NCBI GenBank assembly: GCA_964016885.1
Contig: OZ024752.1
Location: 17,174,001 to 17,238,000 of the forward strand
Source: Eledone cirrhosa
Taxonomy: Eukaryota
Length of the DNA: 64,000 nucleotides
Direction of reading: 5' to 3'
Shown here: in pieces, positions 1-13,999 of the stretch
How the letters are laid out: every line of letters begins with the position of its first letter
How positions within the stretch are numbered: the first letter of the stretch is position 1
Translations under genes and position numbers: made by a program
Notes under the pieces: model-generated
What the model was told of the DNA's origin: nothing
Seen by the model: only the letters and a program-made list of their open reading frames with translations
Databases searched by the model: none

Positions 1-2042
1 CAACAAAACTGCGATGTCGGAGGTGCGACAACTTAGGAGGAATATGACTACAGTCTGGCTGGACTACAGGAAAGCTTTCGATTCTGTTCCCCACTCTTGG
101 ATGATAGAGGCCCTCCAACTTGCTAATGTCCCAGACATTATTGTCAGAGCCATAGAGAGGCTGTCTTCTTCTTGGGCTACTATCCTAAGGTTAAAGACAG
201 AGAGGGAGGACTCTATTTTCACTGATAAAATAAAATATTGCAGGTGTATATTTCAGGGGGACAGTCTCTCTGTGATATTATTCATCTTGTCATTAAACCC
301 CTTGTCCTTTCTGCTCAAGAACTGTGAGGGATACATCATTGGCTCACAGGAGGACAGAAATACGAACCTAACCCATAATTTCTTTGTGGACGATCTGAAA
401 CTCTATGCCAAGAACATGGATGGGCTGAAGAAAAATCTTGACCTGGTTACAACGTTCTCAAAGGATATAGGAATGGAGTTTGGCCAAGATAAATGCTCAT
501 ACATGACTGTAAAGCGGGCAAAAACAACAACCCAATCTAGCAACATTGTCATCAATGGCCTGACTGTTTCACCGATATCTTATGAGGACTGCTACAGATA
601 CCTGGGGATAGATGAGAACTTATCCTATAATGGTATCTGTAATAAAGAACGCGTAACCAAGGAATACTACACCCGATTAAGAAAGATCTGGTCATCGGAA
701 CTCTCTGCACAAAACAAAATAGTGGCTCACAATGTGTTTGCTGTGCCTGTTCTAACACCAACGTTTGGAATACTCAATTGGACGATAGACGAAATCCGAG
801 CAGTTGATGTTGGAACTCGAAAAATACTGAACAACACCGGAAACTTCCACATCAACAGTGACATAAACCGCCTTTACTTGAAGCGTAAGCAGGGGGGCAG
901 AGGCCTAACATCAGTCCAGACAACATTTGAATGTCGCATCTTATCTCTCCGACAACATCTACGAACCTCGAAGCGTAGGAGCCCGTTTCTCGAGCAAGTC
1001 TATCTGCATGAAACAGATAAGATCATGAGAGTTGGGAAGGAATTCCTCGAGAGATATTCCCTGTGTGATAATCAAAAACTCACACCCAGGGAAGTCGCTC
1101 AGCAGTATCGCAGTGAATCCATGGATGAAAAGCTGCATGCCTATCAGCAAAAAATCATGCATGGATATGTTGCCAGGAAGCTCCAGAGTGAGAGTAATAT
1201 AGATAAGGAAAGTAGTCTATTTTGGACCAACAACCGCTATATTGGCTCCCACTTTGAAGGATACGCTTTTGCAATCCAGGAACAGGAGATTAGCACGAAA
1301 TACCTGATTCACAAAAGAGATAGGGATGCAGGCAAAACACGTAGATGTGATAACAAGTGCAGACTCTGCAAAAAAGATAGCCCGATAATAAACACATTAA
1401 AAGCTACAGCAATGTGGAAGACATCCATGTACATAATATGAAAGAGTAAAAACCCCAATAAAATGCAGGCATAACAGACCAGATATTATGATATGGGATA
1501 GGGAGAAGAAAGCATGCACAGGAGTAGAAATTAGATGCCCAGCAGATGCCAATATAATATCAAAGATTAGTGAAAAGGAGAACATTTATGCAGAACTGAT
1601 GAGAAATCTGCAGATACTCCACCCTGATTACACCTTCAGATTTATGCCTGCAATTATTGGGGTACTGGGATATGTTAGTAACTGCCTCAATACAAATCTT
1701 GAGAAGCTAGGCTTCACAGGAACAGAAAGAACACAACTAGTTAGGAAATTACAAGTACAATCCATTAATGGAACAGTAAAAATATGTAAAAAATTCCAAA
1801 ATATTTGCATCTAATAACTGCATATACACATGTACAGATACAAAGCATATACACATGCACACATACAACTCAAAACGTACACATCCACACATACAATAAC
1901 ATCCATATCTACACACGCATGCATACATACATATCTACCTAGTTGATGTTGTGTAAATTTCAATGAGGGAGTCTTGTGTCTATGTTAGAAACCGACTCTC
2001 TCTCTATTGGTAAAACTTTGTGAAATTATAAAACCAGAAGAA
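1..2042 (+). mobile_element. R4/Dong-like non-LTR retrotransposon (RT + restriction-like endonuclease), 3' part, with deletions in the C-terminal region
   Basis: ORF 14-1441 has RT motifs WLDYRKAFDSVPH, IFQGDSLS, FFVDDLKLY and RKQGGRGL, plus a truncated CRLC knuckle. ORF 1488-1814 is an RLE-type tail (VEIRCPAD..KENIY). The 3' end ...AAACCAGAAGAA runs into (CATA)n. Confidence 0.88.
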
Positions 2043-2057
2043 CATACATACATACAC

Positions 2058-2628
2058 ACATGATGGCTGTCCCCTTGTTATCGAGTATGGCCATTGCACG
2101 ATATACTATTATTAATAACTATCAATTAATTCTATCGTGCAATGCCTGTGCGTGAGGAAACACTGTGCACTGAGCCAATCCCGCTCTCTGAGCGACAGTA
2201 GCTATAACCCAAAAAGAAGAAAAGATCAACATCATCGGTAACTACTGAGCCGCAGGTTTTATATGTGAGTTATCCCAGCTTCCTGAATTGCCTTCTCCTA
2301 GAAGAATTCCCCGACAAAGGCTAGGGGTCCTTCACTCCCAGTGGTTTAACCAAGCGGTACATGTGTATATACATATTTACACAATTTCGGATGGCCGTTG
2401 ACTCTTATGAGTTCTTCCGCCCTTTGTCAGGTTTTGTTTTTTGTCCTGCAGGGTGTCAAAAATCCTCCTCCTCACCAAGTAAACTTGGTGGGGTTGCCGG
2501 TTTAGTCGCCGACGACCCGACCATGCGACAGGTTGTACTGGGTTACATGTTACCAGTAGCACTCAAGAGTAACCCGACATACACACATACATGATGGCTG
2601 CCCCTCGTTATCGAGTATGGCCATTGCA
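2058..2628 (-). mobile_element. RTE-related non-autonomous element (5'-UTR-like segment plus RTE-type 3' tail)
   Basis: Related segments occur at ~6950-7190, 45030-45480, 45985-46250 and 62640-63200. The 3' tail CAATGGCCATACTCGATAAC..CAGCCATCATGT(ATGT)n is present twice and resembles the RTE ends at 44700 and 45935. Confidence 0.55.
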
Positions 2629-3069
2629 CAAGGAAAAAAAAAATGAAATAAAATAAAATAATAATAATAATAATAATAAATAAAAAAAAAAAAAGAAATA
2701 TATATATATATATATATATATACATACATATATACACACATACATACACATACACACACACATATACACACACACATACATTAATAACAATAATAATAAT
2801 AATAATAATAGCAATAATAATAATAACGACAACAACAATAATGTTTTCTTTATTAACCACAAGGGTTCACATAATGTAGACATTAAGGACAGTACAGGAC
2901 AATACAGGACGGTACAAATGGGCATTTCTGCGTGTAAAAAAACAGAGGTTGAAATAAAATAACAAAGAAAAATTCCCCAATACGGGGGAGACTTCCAAGG
3001 TTCGACAACAACAATAATAATATACATATTCATATATATATACACACACACGCACGCACATAAGCATAT

Positions 3070-6000
3070 CTACACACACACACACGATAGCAACTAACAG
3101 TACTGCGATCGAATGTGGCTTTTTAGCCCAGCCAATGATCTAAAATGTCTTGCACAGAGTCGGCAACCAAAACATTCACTGGGAATAGTCGGCTGTGGTT
3201 GGAGTTCGTGTACTTTTGCATGTCGCTTGAGCCCTCCTGCTGATTTACATTCTCTACCACATGTTTGGCAAGCATGATGAGTAGCATCTCCAACAGCAGC
3301 CTGGTAGTCAACCACTGGTCTTACTTTATGACTGCGAAGATGACTTTCGAGTCCAGCTTTGCTTAGGCAGAGTCTCGCACAGACGCTGCATGTCAGCACC
3401 ATAGGAGGACCCTCGCCGCCTGGAAGTGCAACAGCAATGCCCTTCCTCACATCCCGCTTTACCTTCTCGTGTGCGATTCGAGATGCCTCAAAGGCAACTT
3501 TTCCCTCATATACAGTCTTTCTCCATTTATTACGATCAGCAGCAATATTCTCCCATGTATCAGCAGAGATGTTAGCGTCTTTCAGAGAGGCTTTCAAGGA
3601 ATCCGTATACCTCTTTTTTGGTTTATGTGGCGGTCGTTTTCCTTTAACCAACTCTCCATAGAAGAGTTGTTTTGGTATTCTAGAATCCTTCATCCTGGCA
3701 AGGTGACCACTCCAACGGAGTTGTTGCTTAAGCACAAGAGCTTCTATACTGTCACACATAGAGCTTTCCAAAATCTCGACATCACTGATGTGGTCCCTCC
3801 AGTGAACGCCATGGATCCGTCTGAGACACATCTGATGGAAACGCTCCAATTTCTTAAGGTGGCGTCGATATGTGACCCAGGTCTCGCAGGCATAAAGAAG
3901 ACAAGAGAGTACACATGCCCTGTACACCTTTACCTTTGTCCTCCTGCATATGTCTCGCCGACCCCCAGAGTCGCCTTTCTAGCTTTCCGAAAGCATCACT
4001 TGCTTTCCTAATCCTAAGTGAGATTTCACCGTCAAGGTTGCCGTATCGATTGACAGTGCTTCCCAGGTAGACAAACTGATCAACCACTCCAAGTCGTTTG
4101 CCATACACATAGATGTTTGGTTCAGTGTATTGCTTACTAGGGGCAGGTTGGTACATGACGACGGTTTTCTTGAGACTGACAGTCAAACCCAGGGCAGTGC
4201 AAGCGTTAGAAAATGCATTCAAAATGTGCTGCATATCACTCTCTGTGTGCGCTACAAGATCTCAATCATCTGCATACAAGAGGTCTCTTATGATTGATGT
4301 AAATACTTTTGTCTTCGCAGCAAAGCGCCTGATGTTAAATATGCTGCCTGAGGTTCGATATCGGATGTAAACACCATGCTCGCAATTCCTGAATGCAATA
4401 CAGAAAACCATTGCAAAGTATATGGCAAACAGGGACGGTGCTGGAATATCCCCCTGTTTCACTCCATTTTTTACTGAGATAGGCTCCGACATGTTACCTC
4501 CGACATTAACCCAAGCCTTCATGTCGTCATGGAAAGACCTAACTAAAGCAAGGAACTTATCAGGACAACCAAGTTTCTGGAGAACCTTCCATAATGCATC
4601 TCTGTTGACAGTATCGAAAGCCTTTGTCAGATCGAGAAAAACCTGATACAGATCCAAGCCTTGTTGAATGCACTTCTGGAGCTGTCTAGCTGAGAAGATC
4701 ATATCAGTAGTGCCGCGTCCAGCACGAAAACCAAATTGACTTTCAGGAAGAACACAATCTGCAATGTGTGTCAGCAGACGGTCCAGAAGCACCCTACATA
4801 AAACTTTCCCTACGACAGAAAGCAATGATATACCTCTGTAGTTCCCACAATCATTCCTGTTACCCTTTCCCTTGTACAAGACCACCATTACTGCATCTCT
4901 CCAGTCCTCAGGTACGGATTCATTAGCCCATATCCTTCCAAACAAAGAGTGAAGATGTTGCAGGAGTCTCTCACCACCATATTGTAGGAGCTCAGCATGT
5001 ATGCCATCCATACCTGGAGACCTTCCACTGTTCAGCTTCGAGATAGCCGCCGCAACCTCCACAAGCGTCGGAGGTTCTGCGAAAGCTACTTTCACAGGAC
5101 TTTCCGGAATGAGATTGAGGAAATCTTCATTGACGACAGACGGCTGATTCAAAAGATCATCAAAGTGCTCTCGCCACCTTCGTAGAATTCCTTGTGAGTC
5201 ACGAAGAAGTTCTTTGCCATCCTTGCTGCGAGGCGGTGTCACCAGAGAAGAAGACGGTCCATAAACTTCACGCAAGAGACTGTACAACAGTTTTGTGTTA
5301 TTGGAATCTGACGCAGTTTGTATCTCATCAGCCTTCTCACTCCACCACTTATCCTTCATCTGAGAAAGACTCCGCCTAACACGTGATTTTACATCCTTGA
5401 GTTCCTTATGCAACATATTCTTCTCCTGTGGTTTTGCCGTCAAGTAGCGTGACAGAGCACACCTCTTATCAGCCAACAAGTCTTCTATATGTATATCATT
5501 CTCATTAAACCAGTCCTGATGTTTTCTCTGCACCAATCCCAGAACACGCCCGCCTACATCATAAACCGAATTTTTAAGGGTCGGCCAATCCTCACCAAGA
5601 TCTGCAACCTGCATCTCTTCTTCCAATGTCCTCTTCACATTTTTATCGTTAAGACGAGCAGCATTCAATCTTTTGGGCAGGGCAACACTAGGAGCCCGGA
5701 TTTTACGTTTAGTGATTAGTTTCACCTTTGCGCGTACCAGGCGGTGGTCCGCCCAGCACTCAGCTCCATGAAGAGCACGAACACACTGCACATCCTGTCT
5801 GTCACGCATCCTGACTAGGACGTAGTCCAAAAGATGCCATTCCTTAGATGCAGGATGCATCCATATGGTCTTGAATTTGTTCTTTTGTTGGAACATGGTG
5901 TTGGTAATACACAGATCCAGCTCCTCACACATCTGCAGCAGGAGCATACCATTGTTGTTACACTTTCCCACCCCATGCATTCCGATTACATTCCATGTGT

Positions 6001-6550
6001 TAAAATCCCTACCCACTCTAGCATTAAAGTCACCAAGCACTATGACTTTGTCTGCCTGAGGGATATTTCTTAGAACACCTTTCAAGGCATGGTAAAAGGA
6101 CATTTTTTCTTAATCGACAGAATTCATAGTTGGAGCATACACACTCACCAGGGTAGCATATCTTCCCTTGTCCAGCGGAAATCTCATGGACATAAGACGC
6201 TCACTAATCCCTACTGGGAACTCTTCTAATTTATTCACAAGTACAGTCTTAACAGCAAATCCTACCCCAGCCTCTCTTCTGGTTCCTTCATCTCTTCCTT
6301 TCCAGAAGAATGTATATTCTCCACAAAATCCCGTAAGATGACCATCTCCAGCTAACCTCGTCACAGATAAAGCCACGATGTCAAGATCGTAACGTCGAAG
6401 CTCCTTTGCAACAAGAGCGGTCCTTCGTTCAGGACGCTCCGAAGAATCCCTGTCAAGCAGCGTCCGTACGTTCCAGCAGCCAAGACTAAATGCCCTGTTT
6501 GGCTCTATTACAATGGCACGATGACGAGCGGGCCCAGGCTGTGATAACTT
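3070..6550 (-). mobile_element. RTE-clade LINE, near full length, frameshifted; APE endonuclease + RT + three C-terminal C2H2 zinc fingers
   Basis: ORF pieces 6110-6637 (CWNVRTL), 4262-6103 (LGDFNARVG, DHRLV, DLTKAFD, KQGD, LYADD), 3854-4234 and 3094-3927 (LYACETW, QLRWSGH, three CxxC-x12-H fingers). Confidence 0.92.
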
Positions 6551-6706
6551 GGGGCCCCTGCCCTTATTGCCAATGATCTTTTTTGTTCCAGAACCTAAAT
6601 TGCCAATTATCTCTTTTACATTGTTCTGGAACATCATTGAATTGGGGAAAAAAAAAAAAAGAAAAAAAAGTAATAATAATAGTAATAATAATAATAATAA
6701 TAATAA

Positions 6707-6892
6707 TTGTTTCTACTTTTTGGCACAAGGCCAGCAATTACCCAGTACATTACTGGTACTTTATTTTATCGACCCCGTAAGGATGAAAGGCAAAGTGAAC
6801 CTCGGCGGGATTTGAACTCAGACCGTAAAGGGACGTAACTATGCTGGAAAGCATGACGTCCGACTCTCTACCGATACTGCCAATCCATCGCC
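6707..6892 (-). mobile_element. tRNA-derived SINE
   Basis: The reverse complement has an A-box-like TGGCAGTATCGG and a B-box GAGTTCAAATCCC, followed by GCCTTTCATCCTTACGGGGTCGATAAAATAAAGTACCAG. Other copies lie at ~7560, 23070, 25670, 40256, 44125 and 49830. Confidence 0.8.
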
Positions 6893-6923
<31 letters not shown>

Positions 6924-7358
6924 GTACACTATTAATAATTATTAATGCACTCGTGCAATGCCTATGCGTGACGAATATTTTTAAAGTGAGGAAAGACTGT
7001 GCACTGAGCCAATCCCACTCTTTGAGCTATAACCCGAAAAGAAGAAAAGATCAACATCATCGGTAACTACTGAGTCGAAGGTTTTATATCGGAGTTAACC
7101 CAGTTTCCTGAGATGCCTTCTCCTAGAAGAATGCCCTGAAAAGGGCTAGGGGTTCTTCACTCCCAGTGGTTTAACTGCGCGATCGGGCATCCAGCCCGAT
7201 TATTTCTATGTCCCCGCGCGAAAAAAAAAAAAAAAAAAAAGAACACTTATTGACACTTATACGTACGACATACACACACACGCATACATATGCGCGCGCA
7301 CAGCAACACTCATACATACAAATAAACACACACACACGCTACTCTACTCACTTACACG

Positions 7359-7429
<71 letters not shown>

Positions 7430-8009
7430 ATATATATACTACCGTCATTACTGATACAAGATTACAAGATTATGTCAACTGTTGACTTTCAAGAGTTTGT
7501 ATAGTTGAAGCCGATCGTATTACAGTCCAGTATTATTATAATTGCTTTACAGCATAGAGTTATGGCTCCCCACGCTCTGAGCTCAAATCCCGTCGAGGTC
7601 AACCTTGCCCTTCATCCCCGCGGAGTCAACAAAAGAGAGTACCAGTGATGCGCTGGACAGTCGCTGGATCCGTGCCAAAAGCAGAAAAATTATTATTAAA
7701 GTTGTTTTCTTAAGGCCCGGTCGCTGGTGATGGTGATGGCGGCGGCGGTGGCGGTGGTGGTGGCAGTTGATGTTGTTGTGTGTGTGTTTTGTTATTTTGA
7801 GTTTTTTTGTTTTTTTTTCCCCTTTTCTTTTCTTTTCTTTTCCCTTCCTTTTTTTATGTTTTGATGCCGCTGTTGTTGTTGTTGTAAATGTTCATTTCAG
7901 TTCATTCTGAAGCTGTTGTTGCTGTAAACATTAGTGCCGGTGTTGTTGTTGTTGTAGATGTTGGGGTTGAAATCTGGTCGTTTGACTGAGTGATGTATAT
8001 ATTTTTCTT

Positions 8010-9545
8010 TTATTTGCCACTAGGGCATCAAAAGTGGGACAAGTACAAAGGGGGGAGTTTACACAAAAAGGCGTCCTCAATAAGGAGGAGGCAATAACAA
8101 AATATAAAAATAAAATAAGATATAACAAAAATAAAATTTTTAACAAAATCCTCAATAGAGAGGAGGCGCCTTGGGGGGTCGCACACACCCCCGAAAAAAG
8201 TGTGCAACCCTTTTCCTCAGGAGCACAGAGAGGGGGTGCTCCCTCGTTCCTTCCTCTTTTCCACCTACAGGCTTATGTAAAGAGAAGGCCCATTCACACG
8301 GGCCATTCTCGCCACTTTCACCCACCTTTCATAAAAACGACTGGGGTGCAGCACCTCTCTCTCCATCCTGATCCTTCTTCCGAAATGATATCGGAAGAAA
8401 CGGACCAGTTGTTGGCCAGAGAGAAAGGTGCCTGACCTCAGTCCTTTCAGACGCGTCCACCATACAACCTCTTTCGCCATGGCTATTACGCACAGAAACA
8501 CCGCCTCTGCTTCATCTTTGAAGGGGGGAGGCGGCTTGATCATTACAATAGACTCGGTGGTCAACCGGATCGGTCCCACCCTTGACAGCAGTTGTTCGAC
8601 ATAGCCCCACAGATCGGCTACGCCCGAGCAGTGTACCAATGCGTGTGCAACGGTTTCCTCGTCGCACACGCATCTGGGACAGATCTTTTTGGCGGGGTCC
8701 CTACCCGGGCGCCCGTGTCTGTAGAGCCTTTCTCGAACGGGTAAAGCCCCTCGGTAGCACTGCCAGGCCAGGGACTTCTGGAAGTTGTCCATAGGTCCCG
8801 GGCTGAATGTCCTACCGAACAGGCTGGCCAGTTCGTCCTCCTCCATGTCTAGGGCTTCTCCGAGGGCGTCGTCGCACCTGCTGCGTACCAGCCCTCTATA
8901 GAATGTTGCGGTGGAGTCTCCACTGATAACCGGATCCGCCTGCCAGAGGGCGGTGAGCGCCTGGGCACACTCAGTGTGCCAGGCGCCCAGTTTTCTCGGT
9001 CTTTGCTTGACCCAGGATTGCAGCTCGGTGAGTGAGACGAGTCTGGGAAAGGTTCGTCTCACAAACGAGGCCCACACCGGTTGTCCGGTGAGGAATACGT
9101 AGAGGTGCCGTAGCCTTAATGCGTGTTTACGCATCATTAGCCACGGCATCCCCAGCCCTCCTTTCGAAGGGTGTTGACAGCAGATGGATCTCCTCACCAT
9201 AGGAGCCCGCCCCTTCCAAAGGAATTGGAAGAGCGCGCGCTCCATCTTGGTGAGGGTTTCCCTTGGGCAGGGCACTACGGTCAGGCGGTAGTAGATGACG
9301 GACGCTATATAAGTGTTCGCCACCTCCGCCCGACCTTTCAGGGATAGTTTGCAACTGGCCCACTTCTGGGTCAGTGCAAACACCCTGTTCGTAACCTCCG
9401 CCCAGTTTTTCTCCACCTGGAGGTCCGGTCCGAACCAGACCCCGAGCAACTTCACCGGGCCCTCCGTCCAGCGTCCGACGACGCCATCGGAGGGCATCGG
9501 TCTGCCCCTCCACGTGCCGAGTTGCAAACCGATCGACTTGTCCCG
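8010..9545 (-). mobile_element. Tx1/L1-clade LINE, 5'-truncated ORF2 C-terminus with zf-RVT and 3' UTR
   Basis: ORF 8265-9617: VKLLGVWF, LSLKGRAEV, GGLGM, CPRC...ETVAHALVHC. The N-terminal part of the ORF call is microsatellite read-through. Confidence 0.85.
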
Positions 9546-10361
9546 ATATACACACATATACATACACACACACATATATATATATACACATTCAACATAC
9601 AGTAGAGAGTTTGACAACAGGTCGATGACTTTAGTCTAGATAGGGTATGGTATGGTAATGACATGTGACGATGGGGAGAGAGTGTAGACGTTATTGTGGT
9701 GGTGGGGACAGTGAGATGTATCTAGTTCATTTGACCGTTTTCTTCTCTTAGCAAAATTTGAATTTTAGCCATGTTATATTTAGATGTAAGTAAATGTAAA
9801 ATGTAAAATATAAATAAGGATTGCTCTGCTAAAATATACTAAAATATTTGTGTAACTTCCACAAACTTCTGTCGTGTCATTCCCGAGTCAAGTGACCAAA
9901 AAATTGTTGTATTTTGATATTTCAGAATACAAAAATTAATTAAAAACTTACCCCACGAAAAGACAGCGTGTGTTGTCCTATCTATAAGCTCCCTCACATA
10001 TCTACATACATACATACATACATACATACATACATACATACATACATACATACATACATACATACATACATACATACATACTGGAATGCATTAATTTCAT
10101 GTATTTTTGTGTGCATGTCTATTTGTGCGCGCATATATAAAGTGAGTTTAGAGTTGACTTTACCTGTAATTTGTGTTTTACAATTCATGCTTAGATGCAC
10201 CTTGGTAAGTAGAGATCAGATACGTTATTAATAATGGACAACCTCAATCATTAGGTAACATCTGTTCACTGATCTTTTCGATGAATGCCATTTCTTTAAA
10301 TACAACACGTATTACATAGTGACACAGTTGACATGTACATTATTGTTATCATATTTGCACA

Positions 10362-10400
<39 letters not shown>

Positions 10401-10432
10401 ACGCACACACACACGCACTCCCCCCAGCACGC

Positions 10433-10465
<33 letters not shown>

Positions 10466-10532
10466 CACATACACAAACACATATGTATAGTGACAGCACT
10501 CCTCCTCTCTCCTCTCTCTGCCCCTCTCTCTC

Positions 10533-10611
<79 letters not shown>

Positions 10612-10612
<1 letters not shown>

Positions 10613-11830
10613 GGAACCAGTAAGACCCCGACAGCTGAGCTCAAGCCGTTTCGACGGCTAATTCTGGACTAAATGAAAATTTATCCTGGTATTTAAATAG
10701 CCGATCTTCTCAAGGGGTAATTCCATATATGGTCAAAGTGATTGTCAAAAATCAGTAGTAATTCTGTGGTTGCAAATTAGTAGGGGAGATGGTGGCTAAA
10801 CCTGCCAGTAGGAGAAAGAGGGGAGGTGGTGGAGTAGACCCAATCAAGCGTTGGTAGTGCCAGCTACAGCTGGGCATGAGGTCAAAGAAGATACAGGGGA
10901 GGGGGAGGGGGAGGAAGTCGGAACGGTAGGTAGAACAATGGGGGGTAGAAATATATAGGAAAGAAAAAATACTGAGAGTGAAGAAAAGCAAATAAGTGTA
11001 AAGAAAAACGTAAAGTAAATTAAATTCTACGACCTAGGTGTCAGGCTATTGTTAGGCTAGAATAAATAAATAAAGAAAGAAAGAAAGAAGTAAAGAAAGA
11101 AATAAAGAAATAACGAAATAGGTAAAAGAACTAGGTGGGACGGATAGGCAAGGACCCTTTTAAGAGGTATAAGTACGTAAATGATACGGTGACGGGTCAA
11201 CAAAAGGGGCCAAAATACTAAAGAGACTACCACGAAATAAACAATAAAGGTTTCCATCCCGGGCACAATGCCAGCAACCACCCAGTGCAGCAAAGTGAAC
11301 TAGTACGAGATAATAATTCTGAGTCCCGAGAAAAATATATACTAATGCTAACTCTAAAAGATCTAAAACAAGCTACATGAAAGTTCGTACGAAGTAAAGG
11401 TAGAATACGGAAAAATAAATTCAGAATCGCGAAGAAAGAAATACTGAAACGAAAAAATAAGGCATAAGTGCCACTAAGAAATATAGAGGGCACAGAGAAT
11501 AGTGGGAGCGGTCGGAAAAAGGGGACAAGTATCCGGGGTCTAAACCAACTGCTATAAAGGGCGGAGTCCGCCAAATCTATCATAGACTAGGGGAGGGGGT
11601 GGGGGTACTAAGGCTACAAGGGGCCAAAGGGCAGCCTCGGGTGGGCGAGAAAAGACGCCGACAAAGGAGAAGAGCTGGGGTAGAAGGACTAAGGAGAGAG
11701 GGGGGAAGGAAATAAAGGAAGCGATAAAAGAATACAAAGAAGATCTTACGTCTCCCTTGGCAAGCAGGGGTTACCCATTGCAAAATCGGCAAGTGGGGTG
11801 TTATAGCCCTAGTCTACCCCCCGGGTCATT
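10612..11830 (-). mobile_element. Non-coding Penelope-like terminal repeat element with a degenerate hammerhead
   Basis: Bounded by (TA)n. Its end (AAGACCCCGACAGCTGAGCTCAAGCCGTTTCGACGGCTAATTCTGGACT) recurs at ~55190 and, inverted, at ~50550. Hammerhead-like fold at 10625-10718. Confidence 0.5.
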
Positions 11831-11857
11831 ATACAAATATATATATATATATATATT

Positions 11858-11931
<74 letters not shown>

Positions 11932-12579
11932 TATAATATATAATATATGTAGTAATAAACACAGTAAATTGTGTGTCTAAAATTACGAGGGCTGAGATAC
12001 CACATTGGTTTGACAAATTTAACCTGAAGCAAACGGAAAATCTATGTATGTAAAACAGGTGTCTGTCTGTCTGTTTGTGTAACCGCATGAATTTCTACAT
12101 TTTACATAGGTTTCTGAAGTCCTATTACGCGTCGTAGGCTATTTTATTTTTCCGTACCTCGATTGTGGGGTCCCCCAGTGGCAGGTAACCCCCTTAAGCC
12201 TCTCGATTGGAGTCAGCAGCACTACTGCATAAAGGCCCCATAATTCCTGCAGTTTGTCTCCCATCTTCACCAAAATTAATCTTTTGTTTACTTATGGCTT
12301 ACAAATAAATTTGCAGGCATGCACTTGCGCAGAAATTCAGGTAGGGGACCCCTTGGGGGCAGTAAACCGACTTGATGAATGTTGAAGTGGATATCATCAA
12401 TGGAACAAAACGTCATAACTGCTTCAGTTGGTGTTTGGTTTTCACGAAGCGAGACGTATTGGTTACCAATGGCTTATAAAGGAAGGTGATCACATGAACT
12501 TTTACTTGAACTTATCAAGACGTAAAATAAGAAAATTTCAAAAAATTTTTTAAAAATTAACTTACTTACTAAAATTTTC

Positions 12580-12661
12580 ACTCCAACTAATTAGTTTCTG
12601 CAATGGGATAAAGACAGCTACGTAATATAACTGTCGAGAATTCATTGCGTCATCAGGGAGT
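12580..12661 (-). ncRNA. Type I hammerhead ribozyme motif (family A)
   Basis: Reverse complement of the motif at 13562-13643, with one substitution in the inner hairpin. Confidence 0.72.
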
Positions 12662-13561
12662 CTATTCTCAGCTAAGTCTCCAGGCAATGCGCGGACACTG
12701 GGGGCTCATATAAAAATAATAATAATTCGGTAGATGGAACAGCTAGCGGGGACTGGATTCCATGTACTGAAAAGCTCGCTGTCTCTGGTCAAATGGCAGA
12801 TTCTAAAGAATCAATCACGTGACACTGAGGCTAGTCGGTAGGAGTGGGAAGGTAAGATGACAGAAGCCTACTATCACACCAATAAATTAGTAGTGGTTTT
12901 GGCAGGTTTGCTAAAAAAATAAGTAATTTGGAGATAAATATAGAGAATTTAGTATATCTACTAACATATGCGTACAGATGTACGCTAATGCCAGCAAATA
13001 CACAGGTTAACGCAATGACGCAGATGACGCAATGAATTCTCGACAGTTATATTACGTAACTGTCTTTATCCCATTGCAGAAACTAATTAGTTGGAGTGAA
13101 AATTATAGTAAGTAAGTTAATTTAAAAAAAAAATTTTTAAATTTTCTTATTTTACGTCTTTTATATTATTGTTCTGCATCCTCCTGCATTGAACCACCTA
13201 GGTACTATGACTTAACCTGTGTATTTGCTGGCATTAGCGTACATCTGTACGCATATGTTAGTAGATATACTAAATTCTCTATATTTATCTCCAAATTACT
13301 TATTTGTTGAGCAAACCTGCCAAAACCACTACTAATTTATTGGTGTGATAGTAGGCCTCTGTCATCTTACCATCCCACTCCCTACCGACTAGCCTCAGTG
13401 TCACGTGATTGATTCTTTAGAATCTGCCATTTGACCAGAGACAGCGAGCTTTTCAGTACATGGAATCCAGTCGCCGCTAGCTGTTCCATCTACCTAATTA
13501 TTATTATTTTTATATGAGTCCCCAGTGTCCGCGCATTGCCTGGAGACTTAGCTGAGAATAG

Positions 13562-13643
13562 ACTCCCTGATGACGCAATGAATTCTCGACAGTTATATTA
13601 CGTAACTGTCTTTATCCCATTGCAGAAACTAATTAGTTGGAGT
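13562..13643 (+). ncRNA. Type I hammerhead ribozyme motif (family A)
   Basis: ACTCC-CTGATGA-C-GCAATG...CATTGC-A-GAAAC-TAATTA-GTT-GGAGT. Inner hairpin GACAGTTA/TAACTGTC. Confidence 0.75.
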
Positions 13644-13832
13644 GAAAATTTTAGTAAGTAAGTTAATTTAAAAAAATTTTTTTTAATTTTCTTATTTTAC
13701 GTCTTTTATATTATTGTTCTGCATCCTCCTGCATTGAACCACCTAGGTACTATGACATAACCTGTGTATTTGCTGGCATTAGCGTACATATGTGCGCATA
13801 TGTTAGTAGATATACTAAATTCTCTCTCTTTC

Positions 13833-13951
<119 letters not shown>

Positions 13952-13999
13952 CTACATATATATTACTACATATATATATTACTACATATATATATATAT

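Larger units (their letters stand above)
12517..13822. mobile_element. Non-autonomous hammerhead-containing repeat, family A: inverted arm plus 546-bp direct units
   Basis: 12517-~13008 is the reverse complement of the unit in 13023-13822. GATGACGCAATG recurs at 13023 and 13569 (period 546). No meaningful ORF. Confidence 0.8.

Noticed and set aside
2440-2580. Possible HDV-like ribozyme in the RTE-related 5' segment
   Set aside because: Hairpins are present (TACTGG/CCAGTA, CACCAAG/CTTGGTG), but I could not assemble the nested double pseudoknot by eye. It needs a descriptor search.
13021-13100. Extra family A hammerhead
   Set aside because: Truncated at the inversion junction: core CAGATGA with no 5' stem I strand.
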